In this document: positions 51,571 through 61,483 of the stretch, piece by piece
Position numbering within the stretch: the stretch's first letter is position 1
How the letters are laid out: every line of letters starts with the position of its first letter
Assembly: GCA_031409275.1 (NCBI GenBank)
Contig: JANNXA010000051.1
Coordinates: 192,001-256,000, forward strand
DNA: 64,000 nucleotides
Direction: 5' to 3'
DNA from: Planctomycetota bacterium
GTDB taxonomy: Bacteria > Planctomycetota > B15-G4 > SIAN01
Position numbers and translations under genes: made by a program
The notes under the pieces: generated by a model
The model's input: only the letters and a program-made list of their open reading frames with translations
Told to the model about the DNA's origin: nothing
The model's database searches: none

Positions 51571-51599
51571 TTCCCTCGCCGCCCTCCGGTCGGTTTAAT
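51571..51599 (+). promoter_or_regulatory. Possible sigma70 promoter for tRNA-Ala
   Basis: TTCCCT-N17-TTTAAT followed by a GC-rich discriminator. Confidence 0.3.
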
Positions 51600-51702
51600 C
51601 CCGCCCCTTCGATGCAGGCGGCGCGCTCGTGGCGCTGCACCGCACCGGTGCCCCAACACCGACGCGGGCGTCGAAGACGACAGCGACCGAAGCACTTCGC
51701 GT

Positions 51703-51778
51703 GGGGCGTTAGCTCAGCTGGGAGAGCGTCAGGATGGCATTCTGAAGGTCAAGGGTTCGATCCCCTTACGCTCCACCA
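51703..51778 (+). tRNA. tRNA-Ala (GGC)
   Basis: 76-nt cloverleaf; G3:U70 identity pair, anticodon loop AU-GGC-AU (A32-U38), TTCGATC T-loop, A73 discriminator, encoded CCA. Confidence 0.98.
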
Positions 51779-52066
51779 CTCGTCGTTCCCGTTCGCCGCG
51801 CAGTCTGCGCCTCGGTCCAGCGCCCGCCGCCGATCGCAATCGGGTGGCGCCTTCGCTCGCGCGGCACCGCATCATCGAACGCGCACCGGCAACGCGTGAT
51901 CTTGCCGCGGACTACCACCCGCGGGCCTGAAGCGAGTCAACGCGTCGCCGCGCTCGTCCGCGCGGCAACGCGACCAGCGCCACGACCGCGACTCGTCACC
52001 TCGATTCGCCCGTCGTGGCACGCTCCACGCGATGCTTGCGACGACGACTCGCCGGCGAGCGGCCCG

Positions 52067-52555
52067 TCACTTCTTCGGGCGGGGCACGTGTTGGTCGATG
52101 AGGATCGGGTTCCCGTCCGGATCGCTCATCGTGAAGCTCGCAGGTCCTGACGTCGATTCGTCCGCGGTCGTCGTCAGGACGAGTCCGCGACTCTTGAGCT
52201 CGCGCTGGAGATCACGCACGTCATCGAAGTCGGGCAGCGTCGCGCACGTCCGGTCCCAGCCCGGGTTGTAGGTCAGGAGGTTCTTCTCGAACATGCCTTG
52301 GAACAGCCCGATCGTGCTGGTCTCGTTCTGGAGGATCACCCACTTCTGCGCCGGAACGCCGCCGCTCTTCCGAAAGCCGAGCTTTTCGTAGAACGCTTGC
52401 GACGCGGCGAGGTCCTTCACCGCCAGGCTCACGGAGAAGTTGCCGAGCCGGATGGGCGCGTCGGCTGCCGTGGTTTTCTGGTTCGCCTGGGTGGCATGCA
52501 TCGACGCATAGCCACCGACGAAGCACGCGCACAAGCTGAGCATGAGTCGAGTCAC
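52067..52555 (-). CDS. VOC/glyoxalase-like protein with signal-like N-terminal extension
   Basis: LGNFSVSLAVKDL.AS..FYEKLGF, IGLFQGMFE.N.LT.NPGW, GPASF...DPDGNPILIDQH. Confidence 0.9.
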   Translation of the reverse strand: MTRLMLSLCACFVGGYASMHATQANQKTTAADAPIRLGNFSVSLAVKDLAASQAFYEKLGFRKSGGVPAQKWVILQNETSTIGLFQGMFEKNLLTYNPGWDRTCATLPDFDDVRDLQRELKSRGLVLTTTADESTSGPASFTMSDPDGNPILIDQHVPRPKK

Positions 52556-52724
52556 CGGCAGCTCCCACTTCGACCTGAGGATCGAGGGACGTTCACGCGC
52601 GAACGTCGACGCGCCGCGAACATAACGCCGAAGCGGTCTCCCCTCGTGCGCGCCCGGGTGAACCGCACCGAAGGCGCTTCGCCAGTCGTTTGAGAAGCAG
52701 CGTGGCCTCGACCGAGCTCCGGCG

Positions 52725-54401
52725 TCAGTGCCCCACCACCAGCTGCAGCCCCGCGCTCGCCGACTGCCCCTTCGCGGCGCCCGGGTCCACGATCAAGGAC
52801 TGCACGAAGAACTCGAGCCCGCAGAGCGCCACGTCGTCGTCGAGGTCCTCGGAGAGCGTGACGCCGCCCACCGGCAGCGTGACCGGGATCGCCAGGATCG
52901 GGAGCACGAGCAGGTCGCCGCCCTTCTTCAGTGGGATCGAGGCTGCCGTGTTCCCCACCAGCACGATGGCGAGCGTCGTCGTCGTGGCCGAGCTGCCAAC
53001 GTCGACGTCCAACGTCGTGCCGCTCACGGGCAGCGTCCGCGCGACAAGCGCCGGCACGCCGAGCGCGCCAGGAAATCCTGCGCCGTAGCTCGTCGCGCTC
53101 GCCAACACACAGCGATCGCGAACGAAGAGATCGTCGACGCCATTGGCATCGCCCGTGACGAGGTTCGTTGCAGCGCTCGCGAACGCCACCGCAAGGCCGT
53201 CGGGCGCGATCACCGCCGTCGCGCTGGCTCCGTTCGCCTGCGCCCCGAGGCTGTCGACACTGACTCGCTCGGTGATTCCGCTCGCCCGTTCATGGACGAA
53301 GAGATCGTCGACGCCGTTGCTGTCGTTGGCGACGAGGTTCGCCGCGCTGCTGCTGAACGCCACCACGGCGCCATCGGCGGAGATCGAGGGCGCGAAGCTG
53401 TCGAGCGCCCCTTCGACACCGCTCGAGTCGACGCTGACGCGAGCGGTCGTCGCCGCCACTCGGTCGCGCACGAACAGGTCGCGGCAGCCGTTCGTGTCGC
53501 TCGCCACGAGGTCGGTGGCAAAGCTCGCGAAGGCGATGAAGAGCCCGTCGCCCGAGATCGATGGCGACTCGCTCGCGCCGTTGGCGTCGCTGCCGGAGCG
53601 GTCGAGGCTGACTCGCTCGGTGACGGCCGCGCTGCGATCGTGCACGAAGATGTCGGCGAGCGCATTGGCGTCCGCCGCGACGAGGTTGCTCGCCTGGCTC
53701 ACAAAGGCGACGCGGAGCCCGTCCGCGGAGATCGAAGGCGTGTCGCTTGCGCCGTTGGCCTGGACGCCCGCCGAGTCGAGACTGACCCGCCGGCTGAGGC
53801 CGGTGGTGCGGTCATGCACGAAGACGTCGCGCACGCCGTTGGTGTCGCCGCCGATCAACTGCGTGTTGTCCGTTGCGAACGCGACCTGCTGTCCGTCGGC
53901 CGAGAGCGCGGGAGAGGAGGCGTCGCCGTCGCCCTGAACGCACTTGCAGACCACGCTGACGCGAGTGGTGCCGCCGGTCGCGCGGTCGTGGACGAAGATG
54001 TCGGCGTGGGCATTCGTGTCGTTGGTGACGAGGTTGGTGGCGAAGCTCTGGAAGGCGACGATCTGCCCATCGGACGAGAGCGCCGGAGTGAAGCTGCCGC
54101 CGTTGCCCTCGACGCCGCTCGAATCGATGCTGACTCGTTCGATCAGGCCAGTGGTGCGATCGACCACGAAGACGTCGGAGACGCCGTTGTTGTCGCCCGC
54201 AACCAGGTTCGGCGCATCGCTCGCGAAGGCCACGACGCGGCCGTCGGCCGACGTCGCCGGGGAGCGACTGGCACCGGTTCCCTCGACCCCCGCCCCGTCC
54301 ACGCTGACCCGAACCGTCTGCTGGGCGAAGAGCGGGGCCTGCGCGAACAGGGCGATCCACGCCACGCCGAGCGACCTGCCGACCGTCCGACCGAGATCCA
54401 T
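52725..54401 (-). CDS. Secreted TolB-like (PD40) beta-propeller repeat protein with distinct C-terminal domain
   Basis: Signal peptide; seven repeats of RVS.D..G..GNG.S..P..SADG..VAF.S.A.NLV..D.NG..D.FV.DR. Confidence 0.9.
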   Translation of the reverse strand: MDLGRTVGRSLGVAWIALFAQAPLFAQQTVRVSVDGAGVEGTGASRSPATSADGRVVAFASDAPNLVAGDNNGVSDVFVVDRTTGLIERVSIDSSGVEGNGGSFTPALSSDGQIVAFQSFATNLVTNDTNAHADIFVHDRATGGTTRVSVVCKCVQGDGDASSPALSADGQQVAFATDNTQLIGGDTNGVRDVFVHDRTTGLSRRVSLDSAGVQANGASDTPSISADGLRVAFVSQASNLVAADANALADIFVHDRSAAVTERVSLDRSGSDANGASESPSISGDGLFIAFASFATDLVASDTNGCRDLFVRDRVAATTARVSVDSSGVEGALDSFAPSISADGAVVAFSSSAANLVANDSNGVDDLFVHERASGITERVSVDSLGAQANGASATAVIAPDGLAVAFASAATNLVTGDANGVDDLFVRDRCVLASATSYGAGFPGALGVPALVARTLPVSGTTLDVDVGSSATTTTLAIVLVGNTAASIPLKKGGDLLVLPILAIPVTLPVGGVTLSEDLDDDVALCGLEFFVQSLIVDPGAAKGQSASAGLQLVVGH

Positions 54402-54449
54402 CGAGTTCTCCCGTTCCTTCTGGTGCGTCCTGCGGATCGAGTGCAAAGC

Positions 54450-54464
54450 GCAACTTGCCTGCCA
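54450..54464 (-). promoter_or_regulatory. Sigma54 (-24/-12) promoter upstream of the propeller gene
   Basis: TGGCAGGCAAGTTGC with GG-N10-GC spacing, about 50 nt upstream of ATG 54401. Confidence 0.6.
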
Positions 54465-54640
54465 CTCCCGAGCAGAGGCCGCCAACTGCTCCGTGGGCAC
54501 GCCGTACCGCGACCGGGGAATCGAGCCCGACTGGTGGTGCGAGCGGAGTGCCGCGTGCCACCGCTGCGGAGGACGGCCTCTGGCCGCGCTTCGGCGCGCG
54601 AATCGCCTCAGCAGCACGACCCTTCGCCCCGGAGCTTCCG

Positions 54641-56806
54641 ATGTCCGCCACACCGCTGCCGCCGCGTCCCGTCGGGCTCGACGCCTTGTTCCGCCCGCGG
54701 GCGGTCGCCGTCGTCGGTGCGTCGCGATCGGGAAGCGGCGTCGGCTACCTCGCGTTGAAGAAGCTGCTGGCCGGCGGTTTCCACGGGGCGGTCATTCCGG
54801 TCCATCCGAGCGCGCGCTCGATCGCCTCCGTCGCGGCGGTTCCTTCCATCGCGGAGTTGCCCGCCGACGTCGACCTCGCCGTGCTGGCGGTTCCTGCGCC
54901 GCTCGTCGAGGAGGTCGTGATCGCCTGCGCGAAGAAGGGGATCGGGGGCGTCATCGTCTTGTCGGCCGGCTTCGCGGAGATCGATGCGGCTGGCAAGGCG
55001 CGCGAGGCGCGAGTGCGCGACGTGATCCGCGCCCACGGCATGCGGATGGTGGGACCCAACTGCCTCGGCCTGCTGAACACCGATCCCGAGATCTCGCTCG
55101 ACGCCACCTTCGCACCGGTGGAGCCGCTGCCCGGTCGCGTCGCGATGGCTTCGCAGAGCGGAGCGCTCGGCGTCGCCATCCTCGAGACGGCGCGCGAACT
55201 CGACCTCGGCCTCTCCGCGTTCGTCAGCGTCGGCAACAAGGCCGACGTGTCGGGCAACGACCTGCTCGAGTACTGGGAAGACGATCCGCGCACCGACCTC
55301 ATCCTGCTCTACCTCGAGTCGTTCGGCAATCCGCGCCGCTTCGCATCGATCGCACGGCGCATCACGCGCAAGAAACCGATCCTGGCGGTGAAGGCGGGGC
55401 GCACGAAGGCGGGCCAGCGCGCTGCCGGCTCGCACACCGCGGCGCTCGCCGCACCGGAGCGCTGCGTCGAAGCGCTGTTCCGCCATTGCGGCGTGCTGCG
55501 CGTGGCGACGCTCGAGGAGATGTTCGATGCGGCGACGTTGCTCGCCCATCAGCCGCTGCCGCGCGGCCATCGAGTGGCGGTGCTCACCAACGCCGGTGGT
55601 CCCGGCACCCTCTGCGCCGACGCCTGCGAGTCCGAAGGACTGCTCCTGCCCGAACTCGTTGCCGCCACGCATCGCGCGCTCGAAGCGGCGCTCCCCCACG
55701 CCGCGAGCCTCGTCAATCCGGTCGACCTTTCGGCGCCGGCGACCGCGGAGGACTACCGCCGCGCGCTCCCGCTGCTGCTCGACGATCCGAACATCGACGC
55801 GGTCATCGTGCTGTTCGTGTCGGCCGGCGTGATCGACGTCGACAGCATCGCGATGGCGATCAAGGCGGGTCGGCGCGCCGCGCATGGCGGCCGCGCCAAG
55901 CCGATGGCGACCTGCTTCGTCGGCAAACGCGGCATTCCGGCGGCACTCTCGAGCGACGCGGAATCGGTCCCGTCCTATCGCTTCCCCGAATCGGCGGCGC
56001 GCGCGCTCGCTTGCGCGGTGCGGCGCTCCGAATGGCTGGCGCAACCCGTCGGGGTCGAGCCGACGCTGAGCGACGTCGATGTGAAGACGGCGCAAGCGCT
56101 GGTGCGCTCGGCGTTGGCCCATCGCGGTCCGGGCTGGCTGACGCCATGCGAGCAGGAGAATCTGCTCGCCGCCTTCGGGATCCCCCACCTGCGCAGCACG
56201 CTCTGCCGCGACGCGGAGGCTGCGGTGGCCGCCGCTGCGGCGCTCGATGGCCCCGTCGCCGTGAAGCTCGCCTCCGCCACGCTGGTCCACAAGAGCGAAT
56301 GGAACGGCGTGCACCTGAACGTGCTGGGTGCCGCCGCCGTGCGCCGCGCCTGTGCCGCGATCGAGGCGCGCCTGGTCGCGGCGGGCCGCCGCGATGAGCT
56401 GCTCGGCTACACCGTGGCGCCGATGGCAGCAGCCGGGATCGACACGTTGGTGGGCCTCTACGCCGATCCGAACTTCGGCCCGCTGCTGGCGTTCGGCCTC
56501 GGCGGGGTCACCACCGAGTTGATGAACGACACCGCGTTCCGGCTCGTCCCGCTGACCGACGCGGAGGCGCAGCGCATGGTCGGCTCGATCAAGGGAGTCG
56601 AGCTGCTGCGTGGATTCCGAGGCGCGCCGCTCGCCGACGAACCGGCGCTCGTCGACCTCGTGCTCCGCGTGGCACGCCTCGCCGTCGAGCTCCCTGAAGT
56701 GCAGGAGCTCGATCTGAATCCGGTACGCGTCTTCGAGCGCGGCCGCGGCGCCTGCGCGCTCGATGCTCGCATCCGCATCGGCGCGCCACCCGCGGCCGCG
56801 ACCTGA
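54641..56806 (+). CDS. Acetate/acyl--CoA ligase (ADP-forming) family protein, fused alpha-beta
   Basis: LF.P..VAV.GAS, GPNCLG, SQSGA, GNKADV, SHT (phospho-His), TNAGGPG, NPVD, D..FGP...FG.GG, ELDLNP; no GNAT domain. Confidence 0.92.
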   Translation: MSATPLPPRPVGLDALFRPRAVAVVGASRSGSGVGYLALKKLLAGGFHGAVIPVHPSARSIASVAAVPSIAELPADVDLAVLAVPAPLVEEVVIACAKKGIGGVIVLSAGFAEIDAAGKAREARVRDVIRAHGMRMVGPNCLGLLNTDPEISLDATFAPVEPLPGRVAMASQSGALGVAILETARELDLGLSAFVSVGNKADVSGNDLLEYWEDDPRTDLILLYLESFGNPRRFASIARRITRKKPILAVKAGRTKAGQRAAGSHTAALAAPERCVEALFRHCGVLRVATLEEMFDAATLLAHQPLPRGHRVAVLTNAGGPGTLCADACESEGLLLPELVAATHRALEAALPHAASLVNPVDLSAPATAEDYRRALPLLLDDPNIDAVIVLFVSAGVIDVDSIAMAIKAGRRAAHGGRAKPMATCFVGKRGIPAALSSDAESVPSYRFPESAARALACAVRRSEWLAQPVGVEPTLSDVDVKTAQALVRSALAHRGPGWLTPCEQENLLAAFGIPHLRSTLCRDAEAAVAAAAALDGPVAVKLASATLVHKSEWNGVHLNVLGAAAVRRACAAIEARLVAAGRRDELLGYTVAPMAAAGIDTLVGLYADPNFGPLLAFGLGGVTTELMNDTAFRLVPLTDAEAQRMVGSIKGVELLRGFRGAPLADEPALVDLVLRVARLAVELPEVQELDLNPVRVFERGRGACALDARIRIGAPPAAAT

Positions 56807-56818
56807 TCGCCGCGGACC

Positions 56819-57301
56819 TCAGGTCGGGAAGACCGCCAGCAGATCGAGCGTGGTGACGATGCCGATCGGCCGTCGTTGCGCATCGATGACCACGAGACGA
56901 TGCACCTTCTCGTCGGCCATCCGGCGCGCCACCGTGACGAGCTTCTCCGACGACTTCGCCGTGATCGGCTCGACCGTCATGACGTCGTCGACGATGCCGA
57001 GACGTGCCACATCGATGTCGACCTTCGAGGTCGCGTCGGCCGTCAGCAGGTCGAGCCACTGTTCGTCGTGGCGCGCCTCCGCGGGCCCCTCGAGGAGACG
57101 CCGCAAGAGGTCCGTGCGCGAGACCACGCCGACGAGGCGCAGCTGGTCATCGACCACTGGCAACCCGGAGACCTCGTGCTGATCGAGCAGTTCCGCTACT
57201 TCACGCAGCGTCGAGCCGCGCTCGACGACGATCGGGTCGCGGGTCATCAGATCCTCGACCGTCGGCTGGCCGAGCTTCGCGCGCTTGGGGACGGTCGTCA
57301 T
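56819..57301 (-). CDS. CBS domain pair protein
   Basis: V.DLMTRDP, SGLPVVD...LVGVVS.TDL, V.DVMT, HRL.V.D...PIGIVT..DL. Confidence 0.92.
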   Translation of the reverse strand: MTTVPKRAKLGQPTVEDLMTRDPIVVERGSTLREVAELLDQHEVSGLPVVDDQLRLVGVVSRTDLLRRLLEGPAEARHDEQWLDLLTADATSKVDIDVARLGIVDDVMTVEPITAKSSEKLVTVARRMADEKVHRLVVIDAQRRPIGIVTTLDLLAVFPT

Positions 57302-57477
57302 GGCTCGCTCCAGAAGGGTTCCGCTGGACGAGCGACGGACTGCAACGCGTGGGCCGTGGGTCGAGGAGGCAGGGCGCCAACGGCAACGCGGGCGCGGCGC
57401 GGCACGCCGTCCTGCTTTGGTGGGAGACGGATCCCGCGGCGGTTCGCGAGACGGGATCGACTCCCCGCTGCCCGCGC

Positions 57478-58401
57478 TCACCGCCCCTTGCGCACGAGGC
57501 CGCGGTGGCGCAGGTTCTCGAAGACGGCGCGCGCCGACGGGCTCTTGTTCAAGGTGTAGAAGTGGATCCCCGGTGCGCCGCCGCGCAGCAACTGCTCGCA
57601 CTGCGCGGTGGCATGGTCGATGCCGACGTTCATGACGACCTGCGGATCGTCGCGAACGCGATCGAGCCGCTCGCGCAGATCCAACGGAATCGACGCGCCG
57701 CACATCGAGGTGAAGCGCTCGAGCTGCTCGACGTTGGTGACCGGCATCACGCCCGGCACGATCGGCACGCGGATGCCCGCCGCACGCGCGCGCTCGACGA
57801 ACGTGAAGTAGAGCGCTGGATCGAAGAAGAGCTGAGTCAACAGGAAGCGGACGCCGGCATCGACTTTCGCCTTCAAGTGCGCGACACCCGCGGTGAGGTC
57901 GCGCGTCTCGGGATGGCCTTCCGGGTAGCACGCACCGCCGATGGCGAAGCGGCCGTCGCGACGCACGAAGTCGGCGAGCTCGCTGGCGAAACGGAAGCCG
58001 CCGGCAGTCGCCTCGAACCCCTTCGCCCCCTTCGGCGGATCGCCGCGCAGGGCGAGCACGTTCGCGATGCCGGCGGCATGCAGCCGATCGAGCACCCCGG
58101 CGAGTTCCTCGCGAGTCGCCCCCACGCAGGTGAGGTGAGCCATCGGCAGCAGCGACCAGTCCCGGCGGATGCGCCCGACCAGTTCGACCGTCTTCTCGCG
58201 GGTCGTGCCGCCTGCCCCGTAGGTGACCGACACGAAAGCCGGGTGGAGCGGCTCGAGCTTGCGCAGCGCATCGTCGAGCTGAGCGTCCGCATCGGCGCTC
58301 TTCGGCGGGAAGAACTCGAAGCTCACCACGGGTTCGCCGCGCGCGACGCCGCGGTCGTAGAGCTCGTCGATGCGTCCGTGGGAGGCGTTGGGCGTCGGCA
58401 T
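57478..58401 (-). CDS. metF: 5,10-methylenetetrahydrofolate reductase
   Basis: SFEFFPPK, FVSVTYGAGG, AHLTC, LALRGDPP, YPEGH, KVDAG...TQLFFD, HFYTLN. Confidence 0.97.
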   Translation of the reverse strand: MPTPNASHGRIDELYDRGVARGEPVVSFEFFPPKSADADAQLDDALRKLEPLHPAFVSVTYGAGGTTREKTVELVGRIRRDWSLLPMAHLTCVGATREELAGVLDRLHAAGIANVLALRGDPPKGAKGFEATAGGFRFASELADFVRRDGRFAIGGACYPEGHPETRDLTAGVAHLKAKVDAGVRFLLTQLFFDPALYFTFVERARAAGIRVPIVPGVMPVTNVEQLERFTSMCGASIPLDLRERLDRVRDDPQVVMNVGIDHATAQCEQLLRGGAPGIHFYTLNKSPSARAVFENLRHRGLVRKGR

Positions 58402-58507
58402 GGGGCGGGGATTGTAGGCGCATCAAAGCCCTGGGCAGAAACGGAAGGTCGAGCTATTTCGTGGCTCGAAGCCCGGAAGTTCACTCCAGAAGAAGAAGGG
58501 GAACACC

Positions 58508-60610
58508 ATGGTCTTGAACGCTGTTTCGTTTCGAACGAGCCTCGCAGGTGCGGCGTTCGTCGCCGCGTTCGCCGCGATGCCCACGGCGCATGCCGGCGAT
58601 TGGTACGTGGACGCCAAGGCGAACTGCGCACAAGGCAACGGCAGCGCGGCGAAACCGTACTGCACGATCGCCGCGGCGATCACGGCCGCCATCGACGGCG
58701 ACACGATCCACATCGCTCCGGCAACCTACGTCGAGAGCCTCACGGTTTCGGAGTCGCTCAACCTCATCGGCACCGCGGGGGCCGCAACGACGATCCTCAG
58801 CGGCAGCGGCGTTTCACGGATCCTCAACCACAGAGGGGGCGTGAGCGTCTCGCTGCAAGGACTCTCGCTTCGCTCCGGAGCACCCGGAATCGAGGTGATC
58901 CATGGCGGCGACTTGACGCTGACCGATTGCACCGTGAGCAACTGCTCGCTGGCGACCGGCGGAGCCGCCGTGACCGCCGTCGATGCCGTGATCGTGATCG
59001 AGCGCTGCACCTTCGCCGACAACAAGGCGCTCGGAGGTGTCAATGCGACCGTTCCCGGTGGCGCGATCGACGCGACCCGCGGGAGCCTCACCCTGCTCGA
59101 TTCGACGTTCAGCCGCAACCAGGCCGGCGGCGTGGTCAACAAGTGCGGTCAAGGTGGCGCCATCAGCGCGTTCGACGGCACGCTCCTCATCGCGGAGCGC
59201 TGCACGTTCAACGACAACGCCTGCGTCGGAGGAGATGGCGGCGCCATCGCGCTCACCGAACTCAGCATCCTCGGCGTGCTCGCCGCTCCGGTGGACGCCA
59301 CCTTCAGCGGTTGCACGTTCACCGGCAACAACTCGGACACCAATGGCGCGGCCATCAAGGCGCGCAACGGCACCGAGTTCAAACTGACGGATTGCTACTT
59401 CAGTCGCAACTTTGCGTACTGCGGCGGCGCAATCGACTACTCGCTCGGAGCGCTCGTCGCGACGCGCCCCCTTGCGCTCACCCGCTGCAAGTTCATCGGC
59501 AACGGTGGCACCGACCATCGCGGCAACGGCGCCTGCGGAGGTGCCGTGCGCCAACGGTCCGGCGACCTGCGGCTTTCTGACTGCCTCTTCGAAGGCAACT
59601 TCGCCGGCGAAGGCAAGCGCTCCAATGGGATCGGCGGCGCCGTCGCGATGGTCGACGGCAGCGCGCTGCGATGCCGTTTCGTCGGCAACCGCGCCGAAGG
59701 CAGCAAGAACCTCATCGGCGGCAGCGGCGGTGCCATGGAGATCGAGGGGATCGTGACGCTGACCGATTGCATCCTCGAGCGCAACAACGCCACCAACCGC
59801 CTGAGCAACTTCGCCGGCGACGGCGGCGCGATCGTGGCCAGCGCTGGCTCGATCGTGACGCTCACGCGCTGCACGATCGCGGGCAACGTCGCCGACACCA
59901 CGCACGGCAACGCGAAGGGCGGCGGACATGGCGGCGGCATCTCGATCGCACCGACCGCGACGGTGTCGCTCGACCACACCATCGTCGCCAGCAACGTCGC
60001 CGAGGTCGTGGGCAATGACCTCCACGGAGTCGCCTCCCTCGTCGACTACAACTGCATCGGCGATACCGCCAAGGTGTCGTTCTCCACGACCGGGCCCAAC
60101 GACCTGCTCGATGTCGATCCGCAGTTCCTCGACCCGGCCAGCGGCGCCTACTCGCTGGCGCCGAGTTCCCCGTGCATCGACAGCGGCGATCCCTCGCTGC
60201 AGATCGCCGGCAAGGATGTCGAGGCGTTCCCGAGGACCCTCGATGGCGACCTCGATTCGCAACTGCGCATCGATCGCGGCGGCCACGAGTTCTGCCACGT
60301 GCGCCTCGCCATCAGCGGCAGCTTCACGCCGGGCGGCACGGTGACGGTCCGCTCGGACGGTCTCGCCGGCCTCGGCACCTTCCTGATCGTCGGCGCCGCC
60401 GAAGGGCTGCTGCCGCTGAACGGACTCGGCGAGCTCTACATCGAGCTGCTCCAGCCCTTCACGCTGCTGCCGTGGTTCGCGCTTCCGAGCAGCGTCGATG
60501 TCGACATCGATCCCTCGCTGCCCGTCCCCGCGACCTTCTACGTGCAGGAGTTCGCCTACGGCAGCGGCGCCGGCAACCTCTCCAACCTGCTGCGTCTCGA
60601 TTTCAAGTAA
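58508..60610 (+). CDS. Secreted right-handed parallel beta-helix protein (GGAI/FxxN repeats) with distinct C-terminal domain
   Basis: Signal peptide ending AHA; YVD...GNGS...PY.TI..AI; many C.F..N..GGAI repeats; DPQF....Y.L...SPCIDSG...PR..DGD. Confidence 0.9.
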   Translation: MVLNAVSFRTSLAGAAFVAAFAAMPTAHAGDWYVDAKANCAQGNGSAAKPYCTIAAAITAAIDGDTIHIAPATYVESLTVSESLNLIGTAGAATTILSGSGVSRILNHRGGVSVSLQGLSLRSGAPGIEVIHGGDLTLTDCTVSNCSLATGGAAVTAVDAVIVIERCTFADNKALGGVNATVPGGAIDATRGSLTLLDSTFSRNQAGGVVNKCGQGGAISAFDGTLLIAERCTFNDNACVGGDGGAIALTELSILGVLAAPVDATFSGCTFTGNNSDTNGAAIKARNGTEFKLTDCYFSRNFAYCGGAIDYSLGALVATRPLALTRCKFIGNGGTDHRGNGACGGAVRQRSGDLRLSDCLFEGNFAGEGKRSNGIGGAVAMVDGSALRCRFVGNRAEGSKNLIGGSGGAMEIEGIVTLTDCILERNNATNRLSNFAGDGGAIVASAGSIVTLTRCTIAGNVADTTHGNAKGGGHGGGISIAPTATVSLDHTIVASNVAEVVGNDLHGVASLVDYNCIGDTAKVSFSTTGPNDLLDVDPQFLDPASGAYSLAPSSPCIDSGDPSLQIAGKDVEAFPRTLDGDLDSQLRIDRGGHEFCHVRLAISGSFTPGGTVTVRSDGLAGLGTFLIVGAAEGLLPLNGLGELYIELLQPFTLLPWFALPSSVDVDIDPSLPVPATFYVQEFAYGSGAGNLSNLLRLDFK

Positions 60611-60619
60611 ACAGGGGGC

Positions 60620-61483
60620 GTGGAACACGCCATCGAGACGAGCGGGCTCACGGTCCGCTACCCCCACGGCATCGGCATCGAGTCGGTCGAGTTCTTCGTC
60701 GAGCGCGGCGAGCGATTCGGCTTCCTCGGCAAGAACGGCGCCGGCAAGACCACCACCATTCGCGTGCTGCTCGACCTGCTGCGTCCCGACGCAGGCAGCG
60801 CGCGGCTGCTGGGCGTCGACGTGCGTTCGGGCGGAAGCGAGCTGCGCAAGCGAGTGGGCTACCTGCCCGGCGATCTCGCGTTGCCAAGCGGGCTCACCGG
60901 CCGCCAGGCGCTCGATCTCTTCGCACGACTGCAAGGCAAGGAGCCGTGCCGGCGCGACCTCGTGATCGACCGGCTCGGATTCCCGCGGGTGGCGCTCGAC
61001 CGCAAGGTGCGCGGCTACTCGACCGGCATGCGCCAGATGATCGGCATCACGCTGGCGATGCAGCACGCACCCGAGCTGCTGATCCTCGATGAGCCGACCA
61101 GCGGGCTCGACCCGATGGTGCGCGACGCCTTCCTCGACCTCGTGCGCGAGTGCCCCGCCAACGGGCAGACGGTCCTGCTGTCGAGCCACGTGCTCGACGA
61201 GGTCGAGCGCTGCGCCGATCGCGTGGCGATCCTGCACCAGGGTCGGCTGCGCAAGATCGGCCGCATCGACGAGCTGCGGCGCGCGGCCCCCACCATCGCC
61301 ACGCTGACCTGGAGCGACGGCACCCGGAGTGCGATCGAAGGGCATGACGGCGCCGCGGCGCTGCTTGCCGCCGCTCATGCGCAAGCGCAGCGGCGGCCGG
61401 GCGAGCTGCGCGACGTCGAAGTGAAGACGCCCGGACTCGACGCGATCTTCCGCGCCGTCGTCGCCGCAAAGCCGCCTCGATGA
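60620..61483 (+). CDS. ABC transporter ATP-binding protein
   Basis: GKNGAGKTT Walker A, YSTGM signature, LLILDEPTSGLDP, SSH. Confidence 0.95.
   Translation: MEHAIETSGLTVRYPHGIGIESVEFFVERGERFGFLGKNGAGKTTTIRVLLDLLRPDAGSARLLGVDVRSGGSELRKRVGYLPGDLALPSGLTGRQALDLFARLQGKEPCRRDLVIDRLGFPRVALDRKVRGYSTGMRQMIGITLAMQHAPELLILDEPTSGLDPMVRDAFLDLVRECPANGQTVLLSSHVLDEVERCADRVAILHQGRLRKIGRIDELRRAAPTIATLTWSDGTRSAIEGHDGAAALLAAAHAQAQRRPGELRDVEVKTPGLDAIFRAVVAAKPPR

Noticed and set aside
49961..51778. Functional link between editing-less ProRS and the divergent tRNA-Ala
   Set aside because: Adjacency alone is no evidence; no ProXp/YbaK editing gene is nearby.
51779..52066. Genomic island integrated at tRNA-Ala
   Set aside because: No integrase, no duplicated tRNA 3' end seen in the window, and no evident compositional shift.
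54641..56806. Protein lysine acetyltransferase (Pat/YfiQ)
   Set aside because: No GNAT domain at either end, and the catalytic His (SHT) is retained.
58402..58507. SAM riboswitch upstream of metF
   Set aside because: Short divergent intergenic region without recognisable SAM-I/II core motifs.
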